From the NCBI GenBank assembly GCA_038496445.1, contig JALMLS010000309.1:372001-436000 (forward strand): a stretch of 64,000 nt of DNA, in the 5' to 3' direction. Position numbers and translations under genes: made by a program. Positions 39,931 to 54,739 of the stretch are shown piece after piece; the first letter of the stretch is position 1, and every line of letters begins with the position of its first letter. The DNA comes from Trichosphaerium sp. ATCC 40318 (lineage: Eukaryota; Protista; Tubulinea). The notes beneath the pieces were generated by a model. That model had not been told where the DNA came from. It saw nothing but the letters and a program-made list of their open reading frames with translations, and searched no databases.

Positions 39931-41247
39931 TCATTGGTGAGCATCAGGTCCAGAAACTTGCGCACCATTATTGTACCAAGTGACTATCACTGGAGATTCA
40001 AGCCGCAATTGCCTTCCATCAAGCTTATTGTTGACATAATTGCAAGTTTTCTTCTTTGTACCATCACGATCCCAGCACTCCCATAACCCTTCCTTACTAC
40101 CTTGACTGTAAGTGCACAGCCTATGTAGTCCTCCATTTCTCCAATACTTCCTGTATTCTCCTTCTTTAACACCATTGCGGTAATGGCACACTACATCTAA
40201 ATAACCGTTTTCCCACCATTTCTTGAATTCGCCCTCCCGTTTGCCAACAGCATAAAAACATTGCTTCGATAATTGACCATTTTCAAACCATTCTTTGACC
40301 TCACCATGAATTTCATTGTCTTCTAAATAACATTGCCTCAACAAGTGTCCATTTTTGAACCACGTTTGGCACTTGCAACTATCTTTGCCTTCACTATTGA
40401 ATATCCATTCAGATTGTTGACCATCATCATGCCACTCCCTAATTGTCAACCGTTTACCCTCGAAGAAAAACGCCTTTTTCCACATTTTACCATTGCAATG
40501 GAAATAGTAGACATCTCCGTATTTCACACCATAAAAGTACATTTCTTGATATTGTAGCTGTCCCGTTTTGTAGTATTTTCTTTGTTTGCCGTGTCTTTCT
40601 CCTTCCTCATATTGGCGATGGCACTTCAATGCACCATTGCTAAAATACTCTTTATGGTCGCCGTGAAACTTCCCGTCCACCCTACTGTACTCTTTAACTT
40701 TGACACCCTGGAAGTATACTTCACGTTTCGCCTGCTCCATGCCATGAACAAAGAAAAAAAGCGTTGTAACGCCCTTGCCATTAAAGGTATAACACTTGCC
40801 ATGTTTTTGGTCATCAACAAAAGAACATATCGATTTTGTTCCTCCATTGGGGTACCAAACAAACTGTTCTCCTTGGCGTTTGCCACGAACGTAACAGATC
40901 AATGCTTTCAATTCACGTGACTCATCATTACCGGATTTAACCAAATACCACTCCTTTTTTATGCCATGTATTCTTCCGCTAACATAAGGTGTTTCCGTGG
41001 CTATCTTGGTTTCAGATTCGGCAAACCAAGTAAAGGCAGTCCAGTTCAAACTTCCATGATTGATTTTGAAGTTGCTGACTTCTTCCCCATCCTCACTCCA
41101 TTCGAGAAAATACCCATGCAAAGCCAAGTTCTTGTCAAAGCGAGTTGCAAAGGCTGCACGTTTACACAAAAGTGGCCATTTGGTGTACGCTTCATGATTT
41201 TGATATGATATCAGCCTTTGCAATGTCGCTGGTAGTTGCATAGCCAT
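39931..41247 (-). CDS. Intronless MORN-variant (YwqK-like) repeat protein, copy 1, intact
   Basis: 438-aa ORF with repeats such as HGEVKEWFENGQLSKQCFYAVGKREGEFKKWWENG; N-terminal QLPATLQRLISY..LLCKR is weakly F-box-like. Confidence 0.9.
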   Translation of the reverse strand: MAMQLPATLQRLISYQNHEAYTKWPLLCKRAAFATRFDKNLALHGYFLEWSEDGEEVSNFKINHGSLNWTAFTWFAESETKIATETPYVSGRIHGIKKEWYLVKSGNDESRELKALICYVRGKRQGEQFVWYPNGGTKSICSFVDDQKHGKCYTFNGKGVTTLFFFVHGMEQAKREVYFQGVKVKEYSRVDGKFHGDHKEYFSNGALKCHRQYEEGERHGKQRKYYKTGQLQYQEMYFYGVKYGDVYYFHCNGKMWKKAFFFEGKRLTIREWHDDGQQSEWIFNSEGKDSCKCQTWFKNGHLLRQCYLEDNEIHGEVKEWFENGQLSKQCFYAVGKREGEFKKWWENGYLDVVCHYRNGVKEGEYRKYWRNGGLHRLCTYSQGSKEGLWECWDRDGTKKKTCNYVNNKLDGRQLRLESPVIVTWYNNGAQVSGPDAHQ

Positions 41248-42215
41248 TGGTAGAGGTTTAGGAGCGTTCTTTAGCTACTAAAAGTTAGTTCAGCATTTAG
41301 GTTTTAAAGTGCCGTACTTGTCTCTTTGATACTGATTTCATTTCTTTATCGTTATATTTGAGAGGTGTGGTTGCTTTGTTGTGAGGTTTTGTATTATGAA
41401 AGGTTCAATTTCAATCAGTTCGTTTTCACAACTTTATCAATCACTTTCTTTATTAGACAACTTTTTGTGGATATTTACTATTTTCTATTGCGTGCCTAGA
41501 ACATATTCCGAAACTTGTTTGCATTTCTCAAAGTAAATTCTCCATACTAAGCTACAATAATAGCTGTATGAAATCAAAAGTGACCAGTAGTTCGAAGTAC
41601 TCATTCAATCTTGAAAAAACATGATTTAATTTCACTCACATCAGTCAACCGTGCAAATGCGACTTCTACTGTAGCTGTTAATATTGACATTTACAATTTA
41701 TGTGAGCAAAAGTTGCGGATACATATCAAAGATTGATAAAATAGTTCTAAACACAGAAAGTATCAGCTTTTTCGATTTAGCATCTTTGGTACACAAGTGG
41801 TGTGCTGCCAAATAAATACATGTTAGATCCAGAGTAATGGAGCTTGCCTGAAATAACACTATTTTAATTTAGCATTAAAGATACTCTTCAAGAGGTGACT
41901 CCAATCAGTAGCATGCACGTGACCTTTCTGGTCGTATGTACATAAAGTGCTCCATACATCAATAGGCCAGCTTGTGTACTCTGGGGCTGGCGTGCATTAC
42001 AAACAATCTCTGGAAAACTAGTCTTAGTCTGCAGTCTACAAATACAAGCAGACACTCGCGTTCTCAAAGCAAATCAATTGTTAGCAATCTTGCAAAGTCA
42101 CAATTTTTAAGAACTTGGCCGTCACCAAGAATGTGACAAGGACATTTATGTTCGCTGCTAAAAATAGAAATATCAGCTTAAACTTCCATTCAATATAAAT
42201 TGCTAGCAGTGTCAG

Positions 42216-43749
42216 ATGATGAATTTACTTGGTATTTCCGTTGAACAAGCAACCTCATACTATCACAAACACCACAAAGAAGAGTTCAGAAGAATTACTG
42301 AAGAACAAAGCGAAACATTCATAAACCAACTTGAAATCATCTTGTACAATGCGAAAACAAGCCTTGCGTTACAACTAGACCAATATCTCTTTGAAAACAT
42401 TGAAACAGCTTCTAAAACAAGCAAACTGCGTCAAGTACATTCTAATCAGTATCGTACGCCAAAACATAGACAATCAAAGACTACAGAGGTTGTAAAACGC
42501 AAACATACGTACGTTAAATCTAAATAAGGATGAAGTGTATTAACTCACTTTAACTAGATCACGGACAACTCACAAAGTACAAAATATTCTCAAATTCCCA
42601 CCAGAGGTTATTGCATGTATTCTCCACCATACAAAATCAAAAACAAGATTCATTGTTGCTCAGTCATGTCGTTTGATGGCTGATATCATCCACCATGTTG
42701 TTGGATATGAGAAGGTGTATATCTACGATATTCCAGACGTTTTAAGGATAAGACAGTACAAGGGTGTCATGAACAATACTACTGTCAAAATGAGAGTAAA
42801 GAACAACACATTGTTTTCTTTATTATCTGGATGTCATACCATTGATACAAGATTTACACGTATATATGAATCAGACAAAGAAGGTAGTGTGATAAATGAT
42901 CACGATCTTAAAGAGCTCGCAGGTGTTCACACTATTTTTCTTAGTCATTGTAAACATGTGACAGATGAAGGTATCAAGGCATTGGCTGGAGTTCATACAA
43001 TTCGTATTGGCTTTACTTCAACAACAGATGAAGGTATCAAAGCACTCAAAGGTGTTCATGAGATTCATCTTAATTGTTGTGATGTGACAGATGATGGTAT
43101 CAAAGCATTGGCTGGTGTTCATATAATTGGCTTGGCAGGTTGCACTAAAGTTACAGACGAGGGTTTCAAGTCGTTAAGTGGAGTTCACACAATTCATCTT
43201 AATGCGACATCAATTACTGATGCATGTCTCAAAGAACTTAAAGTGGTTCATTCCATTTATCTTGGTCGTTGTAAATCTCTGACTGATGAAGGTATCAAAG
43301 CATTGAAAGGTTCATACGATTTTCCTTGATGAGACTGCAGTGACAGATGAGGGTATCAAAGCACTTGCAGGCACTCATACTATACACCTTGGAGATACTT
43401 CAGTAACTGATGAAGGTATTAAAGCGCTTGCAGTGATCTTACTCGTACATCAGTGACAGATGAAGGTATCAAATCACTCAAAGGTGTGTACGCTATTAAC
43501 CTTGAAAGCACTTCAGTTACAGACGAAGGAATCAAAGCCCTAAGAGGCGTTCACTCACTTTGCTTAATGGATTGTGAGCATGTGACCAAAGCCGGTATTG
43601 AAGCAGTAGAAGGTCTCCACACTATTAATATAAGTATCAAGCGCTACTTTGATGATTATAATAGACAAATTAATGTTAGAGTTAACCATCTCTCACACAT
43701 GTTTTTGGAATATACACTTGGCTTACCAAAGTTTACAAGATATCAATAG
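42216..43749 (+). pseudogene. F-box-LRR copy 2, frameshifted
   Basis: 2-nt deletion near 43311 (AAAGGTTCAT vs AAAGGTATTCAT) gives a stop at 43329; a further 13-nt deletion near 43433. Confidence 0.8.
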
Positions 43750-44943
43750 TCTCACAACAAACATTGTATTCCAATTTTTCAACGATACAAAAACCATAAT
43801 AGGAGCAACGCATACAACAATAAAAACTCGCTACAAAAACAAACTGCATAATAAAAAAATCTGTTGTATTGTTTAGCAAATTATTGGCTAGTATAAAGGT
43901 CCTTAAGGAAACTTTCTCACCGTTCTTATAGCAAGAAACTTTTGGTTTTGAATATCCAAACAACTCATGTTTTCCCTCAAGCTTATTATTGACGTAATAG
44001 CACCTTTCCCTCTCATCTCCTTGAGGAAACCAGCGCATACATGGCCCTTCCAACACACCGTGACTGTAAGTGCACAACACATTCAAGTGATGATAATCTT
44101 TCCAATATTGTCTGTATTTTCCTTCTTTAACGCCATTGAGGTAACGGCACAGTATAAATACATAACCATCTAAAAACCATTCCTTGTACTCGCCTCCTAG
44201 TTTGCATCCAAGTGCATAGTTACAGCACATCTTCAATTGGCCATTCTCGAACCATTTTTTATACTCACCCATATGTGCGTCGTTAACATAATTGCATTCA
44301 GATTCTTGTTGACCATTTGCATGCCATGTCTTGCAGTCACCCTCTAGTTTGCCAAGAGCATAAAAACAGTGCTTCGATAATTGACCATTTTCGAACCATT
44401 CTTTGAACTCACCATGAATTTCATTGTCTTCTAAATAACAGAGCTTCAATAATTGTCCATTTTTGAACATTTGGTGCTTGCCAAAAACTTTGCCTTCACT
44501 ATTAAAAGTCCATTCAGATTGTTGACCGTCATGCCACACCCTGACTCCTAACCGTTTACCCTCGAAGAAAAACTCCTTTTTCCATATTTTACCATCACAA
44601 TGCCAATATTCGACCTCTCCGGATTTCACACCATAAAAGTACGTTTCTTGACACTGAAGCTGTCCCGTTTTGTAGTATTTTCTTTGTTTGCCGTGTTTAT
44701 CTCCTTCCTCATATTGGCGATGGCGCTTCAATGAACCATTGCTAAAATACTCTTTATGGTCGCCGTGTATCTCCCCGTTAACAAAAGGTGTTTCTGCTTG
44801 AGAAAATACCCATGAGAAGCCAAGTCCCTGTCAAAGCGAGTTGCAAAGGCTGCACGTTTACACAAAAGTGGCCATTTGGTGTACGCTTCATGATTTTGAT
44901 ATGATATCAGCCTTTGCAATGCCGCTGGTAGTTGCATAGCCAT
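43733..44943 (-). pseudogene. MORN-repeat copy 2, internally deleted and frameshifted
   Basis: Frameshifting deletion near 44797 after HGYFLK; in-frame loss of several repeats (ETPFVNGEIHG joined to DHKEY); frame runs past the position of the copy 1 and 3 stops. Confidence 0.8.
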
Positions 44944-45625
44944 TGGTAGAGGTTTAGGCGCGTTCTTAAGCTACTTAACGTTAGTTCAGTTGTTTGATAA
45001 GCATTTAGGTTTTAAAGTGCCGTACTGGTCTCTTTGATACTGATTTCATTCTTTATCGCTATATTTGAGAGGTGTGGTTGCTTTGTTGTGAGGTTTGTAT
45101 TTATCAAAGGTTTAATTTCAATCAGTTTGGTTTTCACAACTTTATCAATCACTTTCTTTATTTAGACAATTTTTGTGGATATTTACTATTTTCTCTATTG
45201 CGGCCTAGAACATATTCCGAAACTTGTTTACATTCCTGAAAGTAAATTCTGCTTACTGAGCTACAATGATAACACCTCTTTGAAAGCAAAAGTGAGAGGT
45301 AGTCAATCTTGAAACAAACTTAGAGGTTTGATTTTCGCTCAAACTGATGTAAACTTAAATATAACATACAGAGAACCTTGTTTATTTATGTGAATTTACA
45401 AGTTAAGAACCCATCTCTAGGTCACTCTAGAACCGGTTTTATACATCAACACCTCAATAACCGTATCATCAAAGTGATAAGAAGATCTTTTTGATGAATA
45501 CCAGAAAAATGTATGGTGTTGAAGTTCTTTTATCAAGACGTCAAGACTAAAGCTTTTTTTGTTGTTTTTTTTTAAATGGTTTTTTTTTTCCTGCAAGGAG
45601 GACGGGAGCTTCTAAAAAGAACTAA

Positions 45626-48600
45626 TCAAGTCGTTATTGTCTCTGCTACCTGTTTATAGCTCCAAATACGACTCTTGAAGTCTCCTGATCCTGTAGCAAA
45701 CTTTCCTGATGTGGCATCACTTGTAATACTGCTCAAAGCAACGCTAATAACTAAGAAGGATTGTTAGAAAAAATGTGCTCCGTTTGAATTTCAAAAGACT
45801 TTATCAGTGCTAGTATACGTACCAGAGTTCGAATGGCCATGTAAGATAATATGAGGTGTCCCCGTGCGTGGATCCCAAAACTGTAACGTACGATCTTTAC
45901 TACCGCTAACAAGCCAACGACCATCTGGGCTGTATGCAACGGATAGAACAAAGTCCTAAAAAGGAATCAAAATCAGAAAACTTCTCCGTTTCTTCTTTTT
46001 CTTTGAAAAATAAACACTGCGTACCTTGTGACCTGTTAGTGTGTTTTTACACCGAGAGCGAGATCTACCACTCAAGTCCCATATATTTACCGATCTATCA
46101 AGCGATCCACTTGCCAAGGACTTACCATCAGGTGAAAACGCAACAGAGTATACAGAATCTTCATGACCTTCATATCTATCCACGAAAAAACCAGTTCTAG
46201 CATCCCAAAGGCGCACAATCTTATCAAGGGATCCAGCAGATACAAGAGTTCCTGCTTTATTAACTGAGACCGATGTAACTCCATCCTTTGGTCCAACTTC
46301 ATCATTACCAAGAGTGTGTAAGCACTAATGAATGTAAATGTCAAATTAACCAAAAAAAAAAAGGAACCGTTAGCGAACTTCCGCTTTTATTTCTGGTTAC
46401 GCACCTCGCCAGTTTCCATATCCCATATCTTAATCTTTCTATCACCTGAACCAGACACGATTTTGGTACCATCAGAGGAGAAGTCAAGTGAGTAAATATC
46501 GAGTTCATGACCTTCTAAAGTATATCTTATTGTTTTTGTTTGAATATCCCAAACCTTAACAGTCTTATCCTCTGCCCCAGTCACCAAGAATTTCGAATCT
46601 GGACTGAAACACACTGAACGAATGTACAAATCACCGCCAGATGGGTTACCATCAGCAAAAGTACTAAAAAAAATGATAAGAAGCAACGTGTGAGAAAAAA
46701 AACAAGACTTCGGCTGACTTTGGGAGCACCACTTTGCTAAAACGAAACAAATTCGTCTAAAAGGTTCAAACAAACGTACTGGACTTTTTTCCCTGTTTCT
46801 GTGTCGAAAATATTAGCGGCTCTATTACATCCAGTAGCGAGATACTTAACATCGCGAGAAAACTCAACACAGCAAACAACGCTGCTGTGATCAAGCGTAT
46901 GCGCTAGATCGACTTCTAGGCATCGTGTTACGGCCGGATTATAGCTAAAGAAACGAAGTTAATCACCAAAAAACACAAAAAAAAAATAGGAAAAAAGGTA
47001 CACACTCTCTCATTCACCGACAATAAATGAGCGTAATGTACTGTTGGTAAACGCGGTATTTTTTGGACGCCAAATATACGTTACGTATTGCGTGAATTAA
47101 AAGTGTGCGACAAAACGACGCGCAACAAAAAACTGCACAGCGAAAAAAATCTGTAACACAACCAAAAAAGATGCGAAATTTCTCACACCGCCTGATTTTT
47201 ACGTAGAACATACGCGTAGAGCGTGTAAGAGGTTTTCTAAATTAAAACGTACCACACGAGCCAATCAGGTCCTTTCTCTTCTGTAGGTACATTACCAGGT
47301 TGAGGCGCAAAGTTAGCACCCATTTGAGCATTATTGGCGCCTTGTGGTCTTGTTACAAGAACATCTGCGTTGATTGGCGGTGCAGCCGTCTCTTCTACGA
47401 CCCTGGCGGCCCTATAGCGCGTTAACCATATTAACAGTTCAGAAAACAAAAATTCAGACAAAAATCGCTCTAGCCTTCGTAGTCGGAAATAAAAATACGT
47501 ACGGCGTGCCGTTAAGCGCTGGAAGGTTTGGAGCCGGAGCTTGTGGCAATGGTTGTGAAGGTTGAGGTTGCTTTGTATTTGTGATGGCCTTTATTGGTGG
47601 TAAACCGTTGTGACCCATAGGTTGCGCTTTTGGAGCTGCTGGTGGTGGAGCTGCCGCGAGGTTAGGTATTTCTACAGGCTTATTAGCTAAAAAGCAAGTC
47701 GTGATAGAGTGTAGGAAGGTTTTCCAAAAAAACTTTGTACTTCGTTTACTAAAACTACTTCAAACGCGTTTGGAAATGAATACGCCAGCATTAAGCGCTC
47801 TTTAGTTAAAAACTGAAAAAAAAAAAATGTGACGTACTACTAGGCGCTGGACTTGTACGCGGTCGCTTTTGCAATGGTGCGAGTTCAGAGTGCTCATGGC
47901 GTCCTAGAAGGAAGGTAAATATCACTCTACAATAAAAATTGCTGTGACGTTCATTTTCGACAAAAAAGGCATTACAGCTGCCTCTTCCTTCCTAAAACAT
48001 TTCCAAAGCGCAATTCAAAAAAAAACAATTTAAAAAAGCTGTTTTATCACAATCCAATAGGATTTCTTCAACATACGTTTAGTGCCACCAGGTTGCATTG
48101 GGTTCAAGCCAAGTGCGGGAGGTGCGCTTCCATTTGTAGTTGTATTTGCAGACTGCCCGTTAGTTGTTCGAGCAAACGAAGTGTGTGTAGAAACAGTTGG
48201 GGTATTGGTGGTTGTGTTTGGTACTGTTGTAGCTGCGCCTTGATTTTGAGCCGGTTTTCCTCCCAGTTCCTTTATTTGATGTCGTAGACGCATATTTTCT
48301 TCCTCATACCTGTTGAAGATGGTTTTAGCAATAGTCGGGCTTTTATTTGAGCTTTTGTAAAATAAAAAGCTGTTGCGAAAACACGAAAAGCCTTGGTTTG
48401 AAGGACCACGATGGCGCGTTGTTGCGTACTGTTTTTTGATGGCCTGATGGCTGCGGTCTAGATCCCTAATTTCTTGCTGAAAATTGCTGCTCTCTTGTAC
48501 TTGCGCTTGTACTATTACCATTGAGTTAGTGGGTAAGTAATTCAGCCGTTAGTCAAAAAAATCGAAAAACAGCGTTGGAAGCAGAAGCTGTCGAATAAAA

Positions 48601-48994
48601 GCCCATTGCTATTAATTTATAGTGGTGGGCGATTAATTCGTAATAGAAATTACTATAAGCGCTGTTGTGCAGTTTAGCGCCGCTTTTTTTAAAATAATCC
48701 AATGCAATCTAAAAATCAAACACAACCAACCAAAAGAGGGTAGAGTTGTTGGGGGAGGTGCTCAATTAAGAAAAGTTTCGATTATGGGTGAAAGCGCCAC
48801 GTACTCTTTCTTTCAAATTCATCTCTTTCTCTCTGCAATATTTGGCGTTGTTTTGATAATTGGTCAAACTCGTGTTTTAGCTTATCAAATAGCTCTAGGT
48901 AACCACTGCTAGTCGCAATTTGCGCCACTGAAGCTCCTACTACTGCTGGTCGAACACGTTGCCCTCCGTGGTTCTGGCCATGTGGTTGAAACAT
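45626..48994 (-). CDS. tupA: Tup1/TupA WD40 transcriptional corepressor
   Basis: N-terminal [24 protein letters not shown] coiled coil; [80 protein letters not shown]. Confidence 0.93.
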
Positions 48995-49224
48995 TGGTTA
49001 TTCTACCAGTTTGTACTATACGAGTTTAAAAGGCAGCACCACTCCTTGAGGACATAAAAATAATATGGTTTTTTAATCCGGACCACAGCTTAACTGCGGG
49101 TTGGGAGGAATCAAAATCTGGCGTTTGACCTCGCCCAAACCACACCTCCTTGACTTTTTTTTTTTGGTATTCGTCCTACAGTCATTCCACAAGTATTTTG
49201 AGGCGTTTGGCATCATTTTAAAGA

Positions 49225-50139
<915 letters not shown>

Positions 50140-50504
50140 ATAAAGAACTAATACAAGAAACAAATAAAAAAGAATGGTGTCGTGATCAACTAAGACACGT
50201 GCCATCAAAATTCTAATGACATTCTATTTGTGTTTACCTACTCTTTGTAGTTTTGTTGTTTACAAATCATGCAATTGAGTGATCTATCGCCGTGCCTACA
50301 CAACTTAAATGGGGTTTTGACATCAACTTATTAATTAATCAATAACTCCAACAATTCACCTGCAGATCTTACCGCCTCTTCTTAATAGCCTTGTGGCCAT
50401 TATCAATATAAAGATGGTATTGAAGTGCTAGTTCAGATTGTGACATAAATTGTGTTGATATGTACTCAGGCGCGTTTGATGTTTCTTTAGAAATATTTTG
50501 TTTT

Positions 50505-53500
50505 TTATTTTTTGGCTTGTTTCTTGTTATTTGCAAGGTATAGTTCAATAACAACATCAAACAATTTTTGTACATTATAATTTGTCTTTGCACTTACTTC
50601 TATACCACAAATACCAGCAGACTTACAATACGCCTAGATACACAGTTAAATTACGGAACCAAAAACCATTCTTTAATTTGTGCTTACTCTCACTTCTCCC
50701 ATGTGAACTTGCCGATCTTCGATTCTATCAGCATTAAGTAAAGCTAGAATTGTAGGAGCTCCTTCGTTTCCATATCTACTAACGTCTCTATGCCACTTTG
50801 CAACGCTCTTAAAACCTACAATGTCCATCAGCAAACAATTTAGATGTTTGTTCAAACAAAGACGGATTTGTACAAAAAAAGAAAGGCACGTGCAATTTAT
50901 TTTAATGTAATTTACTTTAAAATACAACAAAATAGATCAAGCACACATGTTGATGTTAGAAGAAGTATCATGGTAGATTTGTGTGCATGAAATAAAAAAA
51001 ATAGTTGAAATGTACGTACTCTTCGCGCTGTTCATCGCACAGCAAACTATAAAACAATCTACTTGCCGATATGCACTGTTACTAACATAACCGCTAGGAT
51101 CTTCATGTGGTCTTATCTAACGAATACAACCCAATGAGATTCAGACTAAAAAACTTAAAAAGAGCACGTACAAGTTGTAGTTTTATAGCCTTAGATTCAA
51201 AATGGACTGTCTTAACGAGAGTCTAATCCACTGTAAGCGATTTTTAAACAACTATACATACCGTGTGTTGGTTGGCTAGAGTATATAGTACATCTGGTTT
51301 GCCAGCAGAAAATCTTTGCATGAGAGGGTGCCTGCCGACACCAAGGTCACCGACCAAGACAATTTTTATAAAGTCATCACAAACTACATTAGCTTGTAGT
51401 TTTATGCTCCTCTTAAGACTTGACAGCGATATTTTTCGACTTGCACGTGATTCTAAGTATTGAATGTTAATATTGCTGTTTGCAATCTTTTTATGCATTT
51501 ACCCATTACTCTGATGTTGCGTTGTGGTAAAGATAGCCATGTCGGCTTAAAGTTGTGCATTCCTAAAATAAAAGTTACACCATGGAAAAACTACTTTACA
51601 ACTTGTTTAGATTCTTGGCTCTTGGTATGTATATTGAACTGTAGTATGTCTGACCCGAGAGCGAATGGAAAAAAAACGTGATTGCGAAAAAGAATTCTTG
51701 GTTGGAATTGAAGAGTTTGTTTACCTGTACAGTGTTCGTCTCTTACTATATGACCAATCATTGCTCCAAAAGTGCGACATGTCCACGCCATGGCAAGAAA
51801 ACTTGTATGCGATGTTACAAAACCAAATACATGAGACCAGACTTCAATAGGAAGCAAAGAAGAAAACTGTGTTGATTCCGTTGGAGTGCTGTATTTCTCA
51901 ATGATTTTACAGCTCTTTTGAGAATGTTTTCCTGCTATATCTATCAAACTTCCGTTCGAGCCCTTAAGGAATAATTAGAATTTTCGCGCGAACAATATCA
52001 CGTGATATTGTGAGAACGGATACCAAAAGTTTATCATTTTTTTTTTCGAAATTAAATATTTAATGCTTACTTGTTCTTCGAGAAGGTACTCGAGCCTACG
52101 TTCTTTCACGTGATTCAATAGTGCTTTAAGCACTTTTGTAGACTTTCTACGGGCTGCCTAGAGTAAAATTATTTAAATAACGTAATTAATTAAGTACATA
52201 ATGAAGTGCGGTCTCTCCTGCTCTACGAGTGAACTTAGATATTTGAAAAAAAAAATCACTTAAAAAAACGCGTACTTTGTAAGACACGTGATATCAGCTC
52301 CTTTGCGAAGAAGATACTTTACAACAAAAACTGAACTATAAAAAGATGCACAATGGAGAAGCGTCTCATGGGTGATATCATCAAAAACGGAAATTGTCAC
52401 TATGAATAAAGTAAGTTGAAACCGAAATTGATCAAACCCACGTGCCAAAATCCTTCCTCATTAGAGTCTCAAAAACACGAATAAAGTTATATCGCTGTTT
52501 TTCTCCACGTGGTTGAAGGGTTACTAGAGTAAAAGGAGCGCTTCCAACGCCATGCTTGAACAAATCTTTTGCAGAAGCCAGGACAAGTGCCATTTCAAGG
52601 GCAGCTCCAATGTCTCCACAACTACTCATAACATGCTCAAAGAGTCTTGCTTCTTTCCCGTCGATCGTATGTTTAGCATTTACTGCACATCCAAGTATCG
52701 TAACACACTGTTTAAATATTGGTGCCACCCCTACAGTACAATCATGTCAATCCCAGAAACAATTATTTTGAGCCCAAAGCGAAAAATTTTATTGTGAACT
52801 CTCGAATAAAAAACTGTCTAATGTGAGCAAGTGCTAAAATACTGCACCATATCAAATACTTTTAATGAAAGAAAAAGCGGTTGAAGGTAGCCACAACAAG
52901 ACAAAAAAAAACCAAAAGAAAAAAGACTTACCATTCTTAACAGCGTTTAAAAGTACAATATCTCTGTCGCTATATATCGTCAATGCGTGAGAATATGCTT
53001 CATATGCGGTTTGAAGACGTTGAGCAGACTTCTCTCCTATTCGTTCTAGTATCCTAGGAAGCGCTGCATTCATTTTAATCCACAGAATCGGAGAAATCCC
53101 AAAACTACCCATCCGATGTAAACATTTCCCAACTGTTTTTTTTTTTTTCACATGCACAAAAAAAGTACCTGTTCTTTTTGTTAATATCAACGCTATCAAG
53201 TTCCAACAACCAACTAAATAATCTCATATTGTCATAGTACAGACAATAATGAAGAGGTGTGTCACCGTCATTATTAAGCATATTGACATCAACGCCTGTA
53301 AGTCAAATGTCAACCGTTTTTTTTTTTTTCAAAAAGAGTTTTTGATTTGGGAATAAAAAGTTTTCACAAGCGGACCCCAAAAAACTGAAGAAATAGAATA
53401 CCCAGTGTCATCAAACGCCATAGGTTAAAGTCCTTGTCAATAATTTTCCGCGCTAGCACGTGTATAGGGTTGTCTCCATTTTCATCAACAGGTTCTGTTA

Positions 53501-53875
53501 TACCCTCCTTTGATAGATATGCTACTACCTTTGGTGGCGCTGAAGAAAAAGAAGGAAGTTTCTTTTGATGATTTTTGATTTTTTTGGTTTGGGATGTGTT
53601 GTCTTGTGTTTCATCATTTGTTGCTTTGATTAAAGACTTATCCTCACGGGATGCGCTATTATATGGTTATTTGGAAACATAAAGCAGTAATTACTGTACC
53701 TCATACGCAGATTTATCGCTCTACGATCACTAGGAGCGTCATGAGACTCTAGTAAGCGTACTATTAGTATTTAAACGCGAAATAAAAAAAAGCTGAGCGT
53801 TCTTTTCGACATTTCAACTCTTTAGTGCTAACCTTTCTTACTCTTCGTGGGCGCTTTTGCTGGACACCATGACAT
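50505..53875 (-). CDS. Ankyrin repeats + F-box + degenerate Rab-like GTPase domain in one multi-exon gene
   Basis: GDNPIHVLA, DGDTPLHYC, ETLLHCA, AGETALHYAA; exons splice in frame into SLLPIEVWSHVFGFV..MAWTCRTF (F-box), then IKIVLVGDLGVGRH..KAIKLQL..SFKSVAKWHRDV..EVSAKTNYNVQKLF. Confidence 0.72.
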
Positions 53876-54739
53876 TGTTTATATACAGTTGAGAGTATTT
53901 AGTCGTGTTAAATTTACAAAAATACTTCAAATGGGGTACCAAATGGCACGTGTTTATATGGTTGTACTCGAACAAAAAATTTACGAAACGTTTTTTTTTG
54001 GGTTTTCTGAGTTTGACCACCACAGGATTTTCTGTAAATCTTAAATGGTAGCTAACACTGTGGATAATATAAGGGGATCGTATATCATTGATTTTGGCTA
54101 GCGTATCTACTAACAGCTTCACATGATGACGAAGAATGTCGTTACCAAACTTGAGAATTTCTCTTTTTGTTATTGCTTTAACAGTCATTCTAGTATTAAG
54201 TCATATCTTGCTAAGTTTAACCTAATCGTGGAGTATGTTGTATCAAATAACATATCTAAGCATTGGCAGATCTCCTGTAAAGAGCTGTCATTGTTGAACA
54301 ATTTGTGATTGTGGGAAACTAAGGGAAACCACAAGAAGGAGAGTGCTGGAAAGAGTATTACCGATTGAGTTCCATCAAGCAGTGCCTTGAATCACATATC
54401 CTGCTATTGTTTCGTGAAATGAAAACCGGTCATTTATGTACGTTTAAATCAAAAGTCTAAGAATCAATAGCGCGAGGTGATGGCTTCAGACAACGTACAT
54501 GTGGTTGAAAAAATATATCTTTGTGTGACTGTAACCCTATATTATGGCCACTATTTCTAGACTTGTCAGTGCGCCTTAGGTTCAACAACAATTCCAATAA
54601 TATAGAAAACTCAAAAAGTATGTACGGAGAACTGAATATATGTCTTTGGCAAGTGTGGCTTCACTTGTTAAAGAGTTTTCGTTCAGTGAAGTAATCGCTT
54701 ACACGTGTACGTTTTTTTTATTCATTTTTCAGAATAAAT

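Larger units (their letters stand above)
38110..41645. repeat. Duplicated cassette copy 1 (F-box-LRR > < MORN); boundaries approximate
   Basis: Coding and about 400 bp of noncoding sequence shared with 42085..45315 (direct) and 56535..61415 (inverted). Confidence 0.9.
42085..45315. repeat. Duplicated cassette copy 2 (direct repeat of copy 1); boundaries approximate
   Basis: Near-identical F-box exon and MORN upstream region. Confidence 0.9.

Noticed and set aside
39901-41208. Several + strand ORFs antisense to MORN, also conserved in copy 3
   Set aside because: Shadow frames of a recently duplicated gene; no independent coding signal
38110-41645. Cassette as a transposon or endogenous virus
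   Set aside because: No TIRs, LTRs, target duplication, transposase, integrase or viral core gene seen; the boundaries fade gradually
43310-43433. GT..AG segment spanning the two deletions in LRR copy 2 as a rescuing new intron
   Set aside because: The donor is phase 1 but the downstream frame needs phase 2, so splicing does not restore the ORF
43733-43749. Overlap of the convergent LRR and MORN ORFs in copy 2
   Set aside because: It results from loss of the MORN stop codon in a pseudogene; copies 1 and 3 do not overlap
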